Shown: piece after piece, positions 1 to 12,805 of the stretch | Numbering within the stretch: the first letter of the stretch is position 1 | Layout of the letters: each line of letters starts with the position of its first letter | Assembly (NCBI GenBank): GCA_951406725.2 | Contig: OX597816.1 | Coordinates: 121,396,001 to 121,460,000 of the forward strand | Source of the DNA: Octopus vulgaris | Lineage: Eukaryota | Reading direction: 5' to 3' | DNA length: 64,000 bases | Notes under the pieces: generated by a model | Database searches by the model: none | What the model was told of the DNA's origin: nothing | Seen by the model: the letters and a program-made list of their open reading frames with translations, nothing else | Program-made: the position numbers and the translations under genes

Positions 1-73
1 TCACAGACGAACAGCCCCTACCCCCGGGATGGGAAATGGCAAAAACTAATCAAGGACATCGATATTACCTCAA
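1..73 (+). CDS. YAP1: Partial exon of a YAP/Yorkie-family transcriptional coactivator, N-terminal half of WW domain 1
   Basis: The frame from base 3 reads TDEQPLPPGWEMAKTNQGHRYYL plus AA (split codon), closely matching YAP WW1 ([22 protein letters not shown]). A canonical donor GTAAGT follows at 74-79 (phase 2). The exon 5' end lies outside the window. Confidence 0.88.
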
Positions 74-1626
74 GTAAGTTATCTAGTTTTGTTTTTGTTG
101 TTTTTTATTTTTCCTCACCCAGTTGCGGAAAATACGATGGACGATGAAATGTCAACACACTCACATATTATATCTCCTGTACATATAAAATATCTGTATA
201 TCATATATTACGCACACATGCACGGTGGAATATTCGGAAAATATTAAAGAAAAAAAAAATGAAAAGAACTTTTTTTTTAATAATAATCCTAATATTATTC
301 CGAGGATGGCGATTTATCATTTTTAATTCTTCCTCAAAACTAAAGAACTTTTTTATTTATTTATTTATTTATTTCTAACTCTGATCTTACAATTTATTGA
401 CCTTATCCTTTCCGATTTCCTCATTTTCCGAGCCGTTTTAACTTGTGAATTCTTTATTTGTGTTTGTTTTCTTTGTTGTTGTTGTTGTTGTTTTTAATTT
501 ATTTATATCCGTAGTAAAAATAAGTCTGAAGAAATTGGCCAGACTTTCGATTCGCTTCTCTCTTCTGACGCCATGTTGGAACATCTGCAGCTCCTTCCTT
601 GTAGGCTTGTCGCCGTCTCTTTTACACTCACGTAATGTTTGCTGCCCTGTCCTGTTTCGGCATCTCTCCCTCAGCCATAACCGCACAAAAGCTATCGCAG
701 GAATTACTACTATTGCTACTACCACTATTGCCCTATATTCTTTAATTTTTTTTATTTATTTATTTATCATTATTATTATTATTATTATTATTTTTTCGAC
801 ACCTCTTGACTTTTATCAATCTTCTTTTTAGTTTGTTTATAACACGTGCAATTTTCCTTTCTTTTTTATTTTTTCTTGCGTCACGCTCCAGTAATTATCT
901 TCCACTGGTCTCTTCTACTGATCTCTTTTCTAATTTTCACGCTCTTTCATCGATCATCTGTCATTCAGTTAACGCTTTTTCCCAATAACCTATTAATAAC
1001 TAGTGACACTTTTACGAAACAAAAATGTTTCCTTTTCATTTCATTAAAAAAAAAAGAAAAAAAATCATTTATCCCAGATCTAACTGATAGGCAAGTTCTA
1101 TTATTAGATTGTCATTCGGTGGTGACGAAACTCCGAAACCATAAACACACACATACACAATATATATATATGGATTAGTGGCATTAAGATTGAATCCTAG
1201 CACGCACTCGTAGTTCGGCTACCTAACTATCTCTTTATTTCTCTCTCTCTCTCTCTCAATATATCTATAGATATATATATATATTCTCTCACACACACAC
1301 ATGCATACATATTATATATACACCCACTCACGTCTCGATCGTAAACTGCCATTATTGTTTACTTTCTCCACCCACTCCCACCACGATCTACTGCTATCTA
1401 TATAATTGTTTATACTTATTTATTTATTTATACTAAGCCTCAAACACCATTTCATCGAAACTTATTCTGTCTTTTATTTAGATGAAATATTGCGGTCTGT
1501 TTATTTAGTTGTTCATTTATTCATTCATCAGCACTTCATCACATCGCCAATTTTCTTTTTCGATATTTTTTTTTTCGCAAACTCATCCACACGTCGTTCA
1601 TGTGTATGCGTTTCTGTTTATATATG

Positions 1627-1671
<45 letters not shown>

Positions 1672-2996
1672 GTACACATACATACACGCGTATAATTTGT
1701 TACGTATCAATATAAACACTAACGTTTTCACCATTTATTATACACGTAGCTGCAATGATGATATCATTATTACTATTATTGTTTATTAAATTTTGAAAAT
1801 TTTTTCCCCATTTACCTCAATTTTTGCGATTTTCAGTTTTAACGCTTTCTGCTTCCTCTCTTAATTTTCGCCATATCGTTCTGCTATTCTTTACTCTTAG
1901 ACTGTTAACAGCAGCACCATTCTTCGTGGCATCCCTTTTAACCATTCCTATTCGCCTTCAAAAAATATATATATACCATAATAATCGAGTAGCAAGGGTA
2001 AAGAAGGAAACAGCAATCCTTAAGAATATGCATCAAATATTCAAGAACTCGATATCAATTTATTATTTTTCATTAGATTGTTGTATTTAAAGTTTGGTAG
2101 AATTGTATTTTCTTTGGGATTATTTACTTATTTATTTTTTCCCTAATCGCCGAGTAAAGTAATTCTTCCGACCTTTATTTATGTCTTAAAAAATATTTTT
2201 ATACATAACTATTTTCGTTTCTTTTTATCATTTGGAAATACTTTTAATCAGTTTAATAATAATGGGATTATATTTCGAGAAAGAAAGGTTAATTAGAACA
2301 AACTCTGGTCTAGATTTTTTTTTTTAAATTTAATAGTTAGAAATGAACTTTTTTAAAAGAAAATAAAACAATATCGCCATAGGTCATCGTATTAATCTGA
2401 GATAGAAATTTATTATAAACGCAAAATGCCCGTCTTCAAATCAACATATCGATACACCAACTTGGTCCGCTGGCATTTTTCTTCACTTTTACTCTGTGCG
2501 TGTATGCGTGCCCTACTACCCCTATTAATATTTAAATTGACTCTTCCTTTCAGTTGATAATCAGCACCAAGAAACGAATGACTAAATAAATAATATTTAC
2601 TATATTGAGGATAGCCCTTTCAGAAGTCTTTCTTTTCTTTTTTTTCTTTAATGGTTTTGTGTTTAATGGGAATCGAATTGACACATACAAGTTAGGAGGA
2701 ACTTTACTTACTTTTCCTTCCCAGGCCTATCTTGCATTTAAAGAATGGCTATTCCACTCCCTGCTTAGTCTCTCAAAGACCTCATAGAACCCTCCTGTCT
2801 CTCTTTCATTCTACACCTACAACATTATTTTATCGATCTTTATTTACAGTTAAATCAAACTACATGGTAGGTTCCAGTTGGGAAAATGATGCTAAGAGAA
2901 CGACTTCTGTAATAGTCTCCCTCACCTAAATGTTGTATGAAGACCTGCTGTGCTAGCTGGTGTATTTCTCATCTAATAATAATGCCATGATGCTGG

Positions 2997-2998
<2 letters not shown>

Positions 2999-3070
<72 letters not shown>
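2999..3070. repeat. Compound (TA)n(GA)n microsatellite, representative of many in the window
   Basis: Seen directly. Confidence 0.95.
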
Positions 3071-3080
<10 letters not shown>

Positions 3081-5324
3081 TAAATAAAATCCTTTATGCT
3101 TCTTTATAAACCCTTCTGTTTAGAACGATTCTTTAAGTTTACATAAACTTTTTCACGAAAATTATCGTTAGGAATATTAGTAATTTTAATAATTATGTAA
3201 GTATTCTCAGTAGTTTAGTCTTCTACTCACAGACACACTCCCACATTTATGTGTGTATACTCATCAACAACAATATACAAGTATGAGATTACATTTTTCT
3301 ATTCATTATATTACTAGCTTCTCCTGCCACACTTCACTTTCCGCTTTTGCACTTCATTATTACATTTGTCATCGATTATTGCGGGGAAATCCAACTTCTC
3401 TTGGAAGTCTGAGCTATTTATTCCACTTTACCAAAGTGCTAACTCTACTCCTCTCCCCCCGCTTTTTTTTTCCTTTCTTTTGGTGGGAAACGGGAGCTAC
3501 ACTAGCTATCACATTTATCTAGTTAATGAATATTTATTCATATATGAATCTCAAAACTAAAATTTAAGACCAGTTCCCCAACCGTTTGAATGCTTCCTTT
3601 GAAATGACTTCAGTACTCCTTAACTTCAATATGAGCTAATATTTGAATTGTGAAAGAACATATATATATATATATATATATATAGTGTTGGTTGGTGTTA
3701 AAAATTGGGATAAAGTGATAGCTATATTGGACTGGAATGGGTTTTTTTTTTTGTTTTGTTAGCCTTGCCAAAACCAGATGTAGTTTTTGTCACTCCTTTT
3801 TTCTACTCGCCCCTTATTTAATTCTAATCCTATCCAAAATTGAATTCAGGCTGTTCAAATTTTTTAATGAACTTTAAATGTTGCCATGTCATCTGTTTCT
3901 ACATATGGCCCAGTTTGAATTCGCTTATAATTAAGGAAATACTCTCAGAATTCCCCCACTGTTTTTGCAACGAAGGCATCCGACTGTCTTCCTTTGCTTC
4001 GCTTGTGTCTGTTGACGAATCAGTCATCAGTGCTGAGCCATCCTTTTGCCTAGCTATACACCAGCACTGTTGACCTCAATTACTTCTGTGTGTCGGGAGA
4101 TACCATTTCATTTCGCTTCTTTGCTACATCTAATTATCATTGCCTTGAAGTCTCCCTGCACTTTATACACCGAGACGGTAGGGAATTTTTTTAAGCGACG
4201 ATATAAGTAATAAAAAGAAATTAAATTACAAGAGTTCTGGTCTATATATTTTTTTTAATTGAATAAAAAAGATTTTAGCTATTGAAGTTTGTGATGGGTA
4301 GATTCGCACGAGTTTTTTTAATTTTTGTTTTCGATGCTTTTAAAGGGAATAAATATTAGGGTGGCTGAATGAATGGAGGGATGAATGAGTGAACAGTAAG
4401 AACTGGTTTCATACTGGAATCGTTTTCAATCGAACCTCTGTAATTATTGTGTCAGTTTCAGCTTATGATTGTTCTGGGAACGATTTTCTCTCTCGTTTTG
4501 TCCTTCTCTTTCTCTATTATCATTATTATTATTATTATTATTATTATCATTATTATTATCTTTACAAAGGAGATCCAGTTTAATTGGTTGGTAATTGGGA
4601 GAGGGACTGGAATTTGCCATTGAATCATCACTTTCTTATTGAAGCTCTAACATAGTTCCCTTGCCGTATGATTTCCTGTATTGATTATTAAACAAAACTG
4701 TATTAAAACATTCGGACATGGTACACACACTACAACATACACAAAACAAAACAAAAATCTTTTTGATTTCTCATGCTTGCAATTTCTGAACTACAATGCC
4801 TTATATAATTATTACTAATCCTTGAGACCAATGTGATATGTGTGTGTGTGCTGGGCAAGTTTCAGGGCGAATTATATAGGTGGGTGTGGATAAAGTCAAC
4901 TGGAGTTTGTTCGCTGGTGTGTTTATTGAATCGATTCCAGAAAATGAACTGGAACCCAACTCGAGCTAGGCAGAGTAAAACATTTAGTATGGAGTTTTAT
5001 TGCCTTGACCTCCCTTGCCCTTTTAATAATACAAAAGCAGTTCAAATCCACCACTACCCATCGGGGATCTATTTTGTCTTTCATCTTTTCGAGGTTAATA
5101 CAATATACATACGGTTCACTTGACTATATCTCTCTTGCTAAGTTAGTTTTGAGCTTTAAATCAAAAGAAATCGATTTTTATTTTTTATTTTTGCTTTTCA
5201 CATAGGCATGAAGCTTGAAATGTTTTAGAGAGGAGAAGTGGTAGGATGTTGTTATATACATGCTTTTCTCAGTTAGGAATTGTCTGTCTGTAGTATTACG
5301 TATACTTTAATTATGATTTTTGAT

Positions 5325-5534
5325 ATAGGCTCAAGATGAGGTATACATTTGTGGAGGGGTTGCTGTAGGTTACATCAACTCCAGCACTTGACTGGTACTT
5401 TATATCATCGACCCTGAGAGGATGAAATGCAAAGTTGAAATCGGCAAGATTTGAACTCAACGTAAAGAGCCGAAAGAAATGCCATTAAGCTTTTAGTCTC
5501 CGATGCGCTAACGAATCTGCCAGCTCACCGCCTT
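5325..5534 (-). mobile_element. SINE family A copy
   Basis: The reverse complement begins aaggcggtgagctggcaga and matches the 19851 copy through gagttcaaat...ctttgc...catcct...gggtcgat...gtaccagt. Confidence 0.85.
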
Positions 5535-5584
5535 ATAATAACGATGATGATGATGATAATAATAATAATAAAATATGTAATAAT

Positions 5585-6555
5585 CGTTTCTTTATTGGCC
5601 TCAAAGGTACTAAAGTCATTGGAACAAAGCAGAAAACGTAGGGCTCCGATGACTACCCCATAAAAAGCACGGTTACCTTGACCACTTACGCAGGTGCCTT
5701 CCCATTCTGTCCTCTTCCGATCTAAATGCTCAGAATAGTACCGTTCACTTGAACCATGCTCGCCTCTCATCCACCTTTCAACGAATTTTTCTGGCAGTAC
5801 ATCCCTCTCCACTTTCTTTTCCTATTGGGACTTGAGAAAGTTGATGAGGGCTTGGCTGAAAAGAAAAGTGGTTTGTGTTGAATACTTTCAGTCTTTTCCA
5901 TCACATAGCTTCTTTTGCCATGGCTATGAGACAAATAAACACTGCCTGCCCGCCTCAGCCAAAGAAAGTTGGCGGGACGATATCTATTATGGACTCAACT
6001 GATATCAGGATTCATCATATTCGCGACTGCAGCAATTCGACAAAAGCCTACAAGTTAGAAATGCTCGGACACTGGATGAGTGCGTACAGAACAGTTTCGT
6101 GACATTTTGCGCATCTAGGTCAGTACCGATTGTCAGCACTGGAATGCTATTAGAGTTTATCTCTGGCTGGCAATGCCCCTCGATAACACTGCCAGGCCAG
6201 TGTCATCTGGAAATTTTCCATGGGCCCTGGACTGAAAGTCCTCCGAAAAAGATCTGCCAGTTAATTTTTATCGACATACCGAATTTCCCCAAGAACATCA
6301 TCACACTTATTCGCTACTGGTTGGGAGCAGAGAACATCTGTCGACACTCTAGGCACAGTGCGCTCTACTTCGGTCTACGTTTGATCCAAGACTGCTGCTC
6401 TATCAAAAGAGTCGATATGGGGAAAGACGTGACAGACGGTGACCAGACCTGTTCACTGTCAACGAAAAGCTGGAGATGCAGCAGCCTCAGCGCGTGCTTG
6501 CGCATCAGTAGCCACGGAATGTCCAGCCCTGCACTCAGCGGGGTTGACAGCATAT
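5585..6555 (-). mobile_element. Decayed L1/Tx1-type LINE 3' end (zf-RVT region)
   Basis: The minus strand encodes LAWQCYRGALPARDKL followed by *PRCAKCHETVLYALIQCP, a degenerate CCHC zinc knuckle. Stops are present. A minus-strand AATAAA lies at 5591-5596. Confidence 0.8.
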
Positions 6556-6584
6556 AATAGTGTTAATATTATTAATTTTATGAT

Positions 6585-6787
6585 CTAGCCACTAGGTTTG
6601 ACTTTTGAGGAGGATAATAGTCAAATATATCGATCCGAGTACTTAACTGGTATTTTATTTTATCGTCACCGAGAAGATGAAAAAGAAAGCTGACCAGCAC
6701 GATTTGAACTCAAAATGCCACAAACCGGAAGAAATACTTCAAGGCATTTTATCCGATGTTCTAATGATTCTGCCAATTCACCGCTTT
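6585..6787 (-). mobile_element. SINE family A copy, diverged
   Basis: actggta...gatttgaactca...gattctgccaattcaccgctt matches the reverse complement of family A. Confidence 0.75.
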
Positions 6788-8657
6788 TAAATTTTAATTT
6801 TTCAGGCAGACATGAGTCCACAAATGTACTGGGGATGTCTATAATCCATTCCATCGACTTCGATTATGATATTGGGACATCTTAGAGATGAAAAACAAAA
6901 AAAAAAATCACCCTCTGCAGAAGATAAAACTTATTGTAAAGGGACGTAACTAAGTACGCAATATAATTCGTCGCTCATTGATTCTGTCACTCATCGAAAA
7001 TTTCTGATAGAGAAATATTCCAGTCTAGACTCAAATTTAGCTGGTGTTAATGTTTTTTTTTTTCCTTTTATGCTTCAGAAATATACACATACATACTCAC
7101 GTACATCTATATCTATCTATCACGAGGGAGAGAGAGGTCGAATCAATGAGGGAACAAACCCCTACGCGTAAAGTAGGCGCTTACTTGCTAGTAATAGTAG
7201 CAAAATCATCACACTCTCTCTCTCTCTCTCTCTCTCTAATAACACTTGCCTTTCTAACCCTAAAATTAATGTTTGGGATGGAATGACTTCCTTTGATCTT
7301 TGCTGTGTTCGATCACGACTAACCTGGGAGTCTATAAGAATAAAATAAGATAGGTATTTGTACCAGATGAGATTAGATATCCGATATTTAAAAGCCTTTC
7401 TGATGAATTATCTCCTAGCCAGGTTTAATAAAAAAAATACTTTACTCACCTCCCCCACCACCACAACCAGAAACTATTCTCATGCTGGAATAAATTGTCA
7501 AGAATTAATGAAAAAACATAAAGTTTTGATGTTCATGCCTTTCCCAAGCTTAGACACGTCTCGCCGATTCATTATACGGTTCTGTGTACGCGTGTGTGCA
7601 ACATGCGCAAACATTGATATATATATATATATATATACATGATATGCATATCCACACATTCGTGTGTGTGTATATATACATACACCCATTCGTGTGTGTG
7701 TATATACATACATCCATACTTTAAGCAACACTTGTACATTGACATTTAATAACTACGGAGTCGCAGACAGTATGAGGAGAGACCTTAAAACTTAACAAAT
7801 GAAATAAAATAAAATTAAAAACAAAAACTTCTAAATGCTTCGCACCCTACATAGAAACTATCAAAATGTTATCTTAAAATATATAAATTTTTCATTCATT
7901 GCGGTAACCACCCATTTTAAAAAATTATTTTTATCATTATTTTTTGTACATAATTTTTAATTCTGTCATTTAGAGTGACTTCTACATCAAATTTTATTCG
8001 TTTTTTTTTTTAAATAAACATTATTTTATATAATGAAATAAGTTCCATTTCATCAACATTTCACGTAAACTAGAAAGAAAAAATATTTTTTAATACACAA
8101 AACTACTTTATTGCCTTTGAGGCAGTGAGTCAAAATACAACACCCAGTCATTGGATTTCGCCTGTGATTCAGTTTCGATCTCTTGTCGGAACCATTATAA
8201 TTTTCATCCATTTGAAAGGCATGAACATTGCACCGTCTTATCCCACTTATAAATATAAATGAATGATTTCTTTTTATTTGAAATCTGTAAATGTATTTTA
8301 GGCATTTTTTTTTCTAATTGAAGAACTTTGAAAGTTAAAAGAAAAAGAAAGAACTAAAAAAAACACCGCTGTTTAGAAGAAAAAAGCGTTATTATTATTT
8401 CCCAAATTTTATTGTAATGTAGCATTTGAAAGACTTGTGTGGCACAATAAAGCAATCATATAATAATGACAGGGCATTAGATTTAGCAGCGCATAACTCC
8501 TCCGTATTATGTGCTTGCGTTTGGCGCTTCATTCTTCTCTAATAACACTGCTGGGATCGACTTCGCCTGTCTTTGATCACTGATAAATTTAACGCAATCT
8601 CTTCCAGGCTGTCGATGTATGAACGAATATTATTTTTACGTCTTTCTTTTTTCTTTT

Positions 8658-8693
<36 letters not shown>

Positions 8694-9914
8694 TACACAA
8701 ATATGTTCATTTTCATTTTTTTACTGTAATACAAAGTAATATATGTAAATATATTTACGTGTGCGTGTATATAATACAAAATCATGTATACGCCTACAAA
8801 TTTGACTTGCGAACCCTGGAGCTCCCTCCTCATGTCGAAGCCTTCAGAAATGATTCAATGTTTAATAACTAACTCCTCTCATTGCAACTCCATAATACTG
8901 AAATTGCTGTTTGTTTACATTTGCCTGATCATTTGATATTATTCAGAAGTTTTTAAAAAATATGTTTCTCACATTACTTTTTATATAATAACTTTTCGTG
9001 GTATAATTTAATTTAGCTAAATTAATTTATACCAAGCATAGACAAAAAAAAAATGTATGAGACTATGTGTATACTTGTACATGTATGTATATAAATATGT
9101 GTGTGTGTGTGTGTGCATGTACGCGCGCGCGTGATGTCATTTTAATTTCCATTTCGTTAGACCACTTTTGTCCACGCCCAAATGTAACGCGTTTGAAATA
9201 GATATCAATACACTGATAAATAATTTAGACATAGTAAATAAAAGATGTAATTATGTTCCTCTACAAACGAGATGCAATTATTACTAAACCTTTTTTATTA
9301 TTACTTTCAATGCTGAAAAAATTTAAAAAGTATAAGTTCTTTTATTTATTTATTATGGGTTTTTTTTTTGTCGACGTTTTGAAACGTATGTGTAAAGTTA
9401 ACGATTAAAGAAAAAATTAATTTCGATTTTTAATATTGTTATTAACTTGAACATTTAATTAAGAGATTAAGAGGTATTATGATTAACCATAAAACGCACA
9501 CACACAGAGCAACTATTATTTATACCATAAAAGTATATGGCTTGAAGTGCGTGTATGTGCGTGCGTGTGTGTGTGTGTGTGCATGTGTACTCCTTGGGAA
9601 GTTTAGCAAAGGGAAATAACCAGGAAATTTACCAAAGCCTATCTCTGACAGAATTCCAGTCCTGCCCACACACTATTGAATTCGGCCCAACTAGGGAATT
9701 TGGTTTTTTCTGTCTGTAAAATGTACGCTCTCCATGATTGAAGCTTTCCTTATTTCCATTTCGCATCTTTTCTCATTTTAAACTCTTTGTGTCTGATCCA
9801 TTTATTTATTATTGCTATGTTATGTTGTGAACTTGCGATTGTGTTTCGATTCCCGGCTGAAATTTCTTTAACTACTACACGAATGACGCAGACGAATTTT
9901 CATTCTTTTCTTTC

Positions 9915-10072
9915 TAATATTGGTTTCAAATTTTGCCACAAGGCCAGTATTTTCGGGAGAGGAGTTAAGTCGATTACATCGACCCTAGTACTCAGTTGGT
10001 ACTTATTTTATCGACCCCAAAAGGATAAAAGGCAAAGTTGACCTCGGTGAAACTTGATCTCAGAACGTGAAA
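9915..10072 (-). mobile_element. SINE family A copy, 5' truncated
   Basis: gtcgattacatcgacc...atcgaccccaaaaggataaaaggcaaagttgacctcgg matches the reverse complement of family A. Confidence 0.85.
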
Positions 10073-10939
10073 CATTCTGCTTAAAAGATGCTCCATCCCT
10101 CATACAATGTAAAAGCCAAGTTTAAAAAATGATATCTGTTTATTAGGCTCTTACTTCTTATCGATTGTTTAATAATTGTATAACTTATGAATGATCATAG
10201 ATGGCGAACTTGAAATGCTGCAGACATGATACACAAGCTATTTTTATCTTATGTAGATAAAATTTTCGGAGGAATTTTGGAATAGCTGCTCCTCAAAGTA
10301 CCTTCACTGTACACCAAACTACCCTTTCCTATGGAAAAGGAAAATAGATATATGCATACGTATATGTACATACCTACATATATATGTATATACATGCATA
10401 TATGGGTACAGGTCATCAAAAAAACGTAGACAGAATGAGAAACGAGAATATAAAAAACAAAAACATAGAAAACGAACTTTTTTCGAGCAACGAAAAAACA
10501 AGCATACAGAGAAACGAGACATGCAACATTAAGAACATTCCCTTCGTCAGTTGTCCCCTGTTTTATCTACTATCGTGTTTCAGATGTTGCAAATGACAAA
10601 TCTGAAAAGTTTTTCTTCCTTTAAAATTTTTCTTTTACAGTCTTGTCCACCCCCTCCCTACTCTTTTCCTCTCCTATATGAGGTATGGTAATTTGAGGGA
10701 CAGCTATTTGGAAATAATTAACCTCATGTGTGCATCTAAGCCTTTCTTCATTATTGTAGATGCAACTCAGCTGTTGATGATAATGATTAAGGAGTATTGA
10801 TGGTGTATGTAGGAAGTTGGCTGGATATACATTTCAAATATTATTATTGGGAGTTTTTGTCTAATAACTGCCATGTCTAATAACTCGTTGCTGAAAGTTT
10901 TTCACCTCACGATAATATATACCTAAGACCCTTTATCTC

Positions 10940-11140
10940 CATCATCATCATCATTTAACGTCCATTGTCCATGCTGGCATGGGTTGGATGATTTGATCAG
11001 AGCTGGAACGCTGCACCAGACTCCAGTCTGATTTGGCATGGTTTCTACAGCTGGATGCTCTTCCTAATGCCAACCACTCTGAGAGTGTAATTTGTACTTT
11101 TACGTGCCATCGGCATGGGTGCCATTTGCATGACACCAGT
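10940..11140 (-). mobile_element. Family B repeat (RTE-like 3' end) with (GAT)n tail
   Basis: (cat)n-tttaacgtcc...ccatgctggcatgggttgga...ggatgctcttcctaatgccaacc, shared with the copies at 25980, 34825 and 42818. Confidence 0.8.
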
Positions 11141-12576
11141 ATAATAATACTGCTGTTCTTTATCCCATTAAATCTAAGTCCTGAATTCTTTATCCTTACA
11201 TATCCATATACCCAAGTAACAGAATAAACTATCTACTCTTTTACCAAATGCAGATTTTTAAAGAATTTGCAAATAATTAATTGTAAAACAAAGTTCTGTA
11301 AAATTAACTAAACACAAATTTTTATATGATTTTCAACTATAAATATGAAATTTTTTTTCTTTTGCTACTCTCACAGATTCCCATAACTATTACCATCCAG
11401 TTCCATTATTATGAATTTGAATTGGGAGCTTGAGTCATAATATATTTATATATATAACTACTATTATTTAAAATGGTTTGATTCAGTTGTATCGACTCCA
11501 TGCAGCTTAAAGTTTTGCAAGCCTCTTTACAGAAACCTGACTTGTTCAGGCTCAGATTATTCAGGGTTCCCAAAGTATTTTCCTGCAGTAATATTGCTGA
11601 CTAGATTGGAATCTTGTGGTTAAGTCAAAAGAAATCTGAAGAAAAAGTAAAATATATGAATAACATCTGTAAAATTTCACTTGTAATGGTTTAGTTTTAA
11701 TATATAATCTCTGGAGTAATACTTCAGCCTGCAAAATATCTACTTATATATTTTTTAATTGAATTATTTCTATAAAAAAAAAAAAAAGAAAAATTTTGAA
11801 GACATGCTGTGAAGGTACTAATGTAAAATTATAAAAGGGAATTTAGTCATTGACCTGAAGGTTTTCTGTTCTTTTTGCTCAGTAACCTATATAGTTGCTG
11901 CCAAACAGGATTGGAAACTGCTGATATTGTTTTAATCTGATATTAATATCTTATCAGTTATCTTCAACTGATGTCCCAAATGGGAGTAATTGGTAAGAAG
12001 GTGGTGCTGTTACTGGTTTTAGGTTCTTGTTGGCTGAGTTTTATCTTAAATAGAGAGGAACATTAACGTAGTAAGCCTGTGTCCGATTCTATTCACTCTC
12101 TTCTTATTTCTTTTACTTTTTTTCTTTCATTCTTCCCAGTTGACTTAATTACATTTCCAGAGACTTTTACCATGGAAAAAAGTATTTTCTTATGTTCTTA
12201 TGATCTCATATATATGACATTATACAATTTAGATATATTTATTTCACATTTCTTTTTTATTATAAATATAATAATTTTTACATAATAATCAGACAACTTG
12301 AATCAGTTAAATATTCATGACCATGTACAATATTATTGTTGTTATTTAGTCCCATGAAGGCATTTTGGCCATGAACATTCAGTCTTCCTTGCTGCAATGC
12401 CCCTACAATGAGATTTCTCCAATTCAGCTTTATTTTCAAGAATTTTCAAAAAAGTGTATGATTCAAGGGTTATTTGGCTGCTCTTTCTGGCGACTTTGCA
12501 GATGACTCTCTTTTTGGCTCATACAATGTTTTCTCCAGATCTACAATATTTTGTGACTGATGTGGCTTTTTACAAT

Positions 12577-12805
12577 TTAACCTTTTAGCATTCAGGTTAC
12601 TCACTCAAATATAAAGCTTATTTAATAACATTGTTATGAATTAATCATGCATTATCTCATAGCTTTGAGATTTTGATGTGGTGACTGTTTATTTTTTGAG
12701 TGACATTGTAAGATGAGTGTGAGAGGTTGGATCTGGCCTGTTTGAATATGACACAACTAGAATATTTGAACCAGAATATGGCCAGCTTGAATGCTGAAGG
12801 ATTAA
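12577..12805. mobile_element. TTAA-flanked MITE with piggyBac-like termini
   Basis: Ends are TTAA-ccttttagcattca and tgaatgctgaagga-TTAA (imperfect TIR). A second copy starts at 63784. Confidence 0.75.

Noticed and set aside
438-2090. Several 60-128 aa ORFs
   Set aside because: Low-complexity F/I/Y-rich translations of T-rich tracts and (TA)n, with no domain or splice support.
6099-6557. 152-aa + strand ORF, the longest in the track
   Set aside because: It is antisense to the L1/Tx1 remnant, and the recognisable motifs are on the minus strand.
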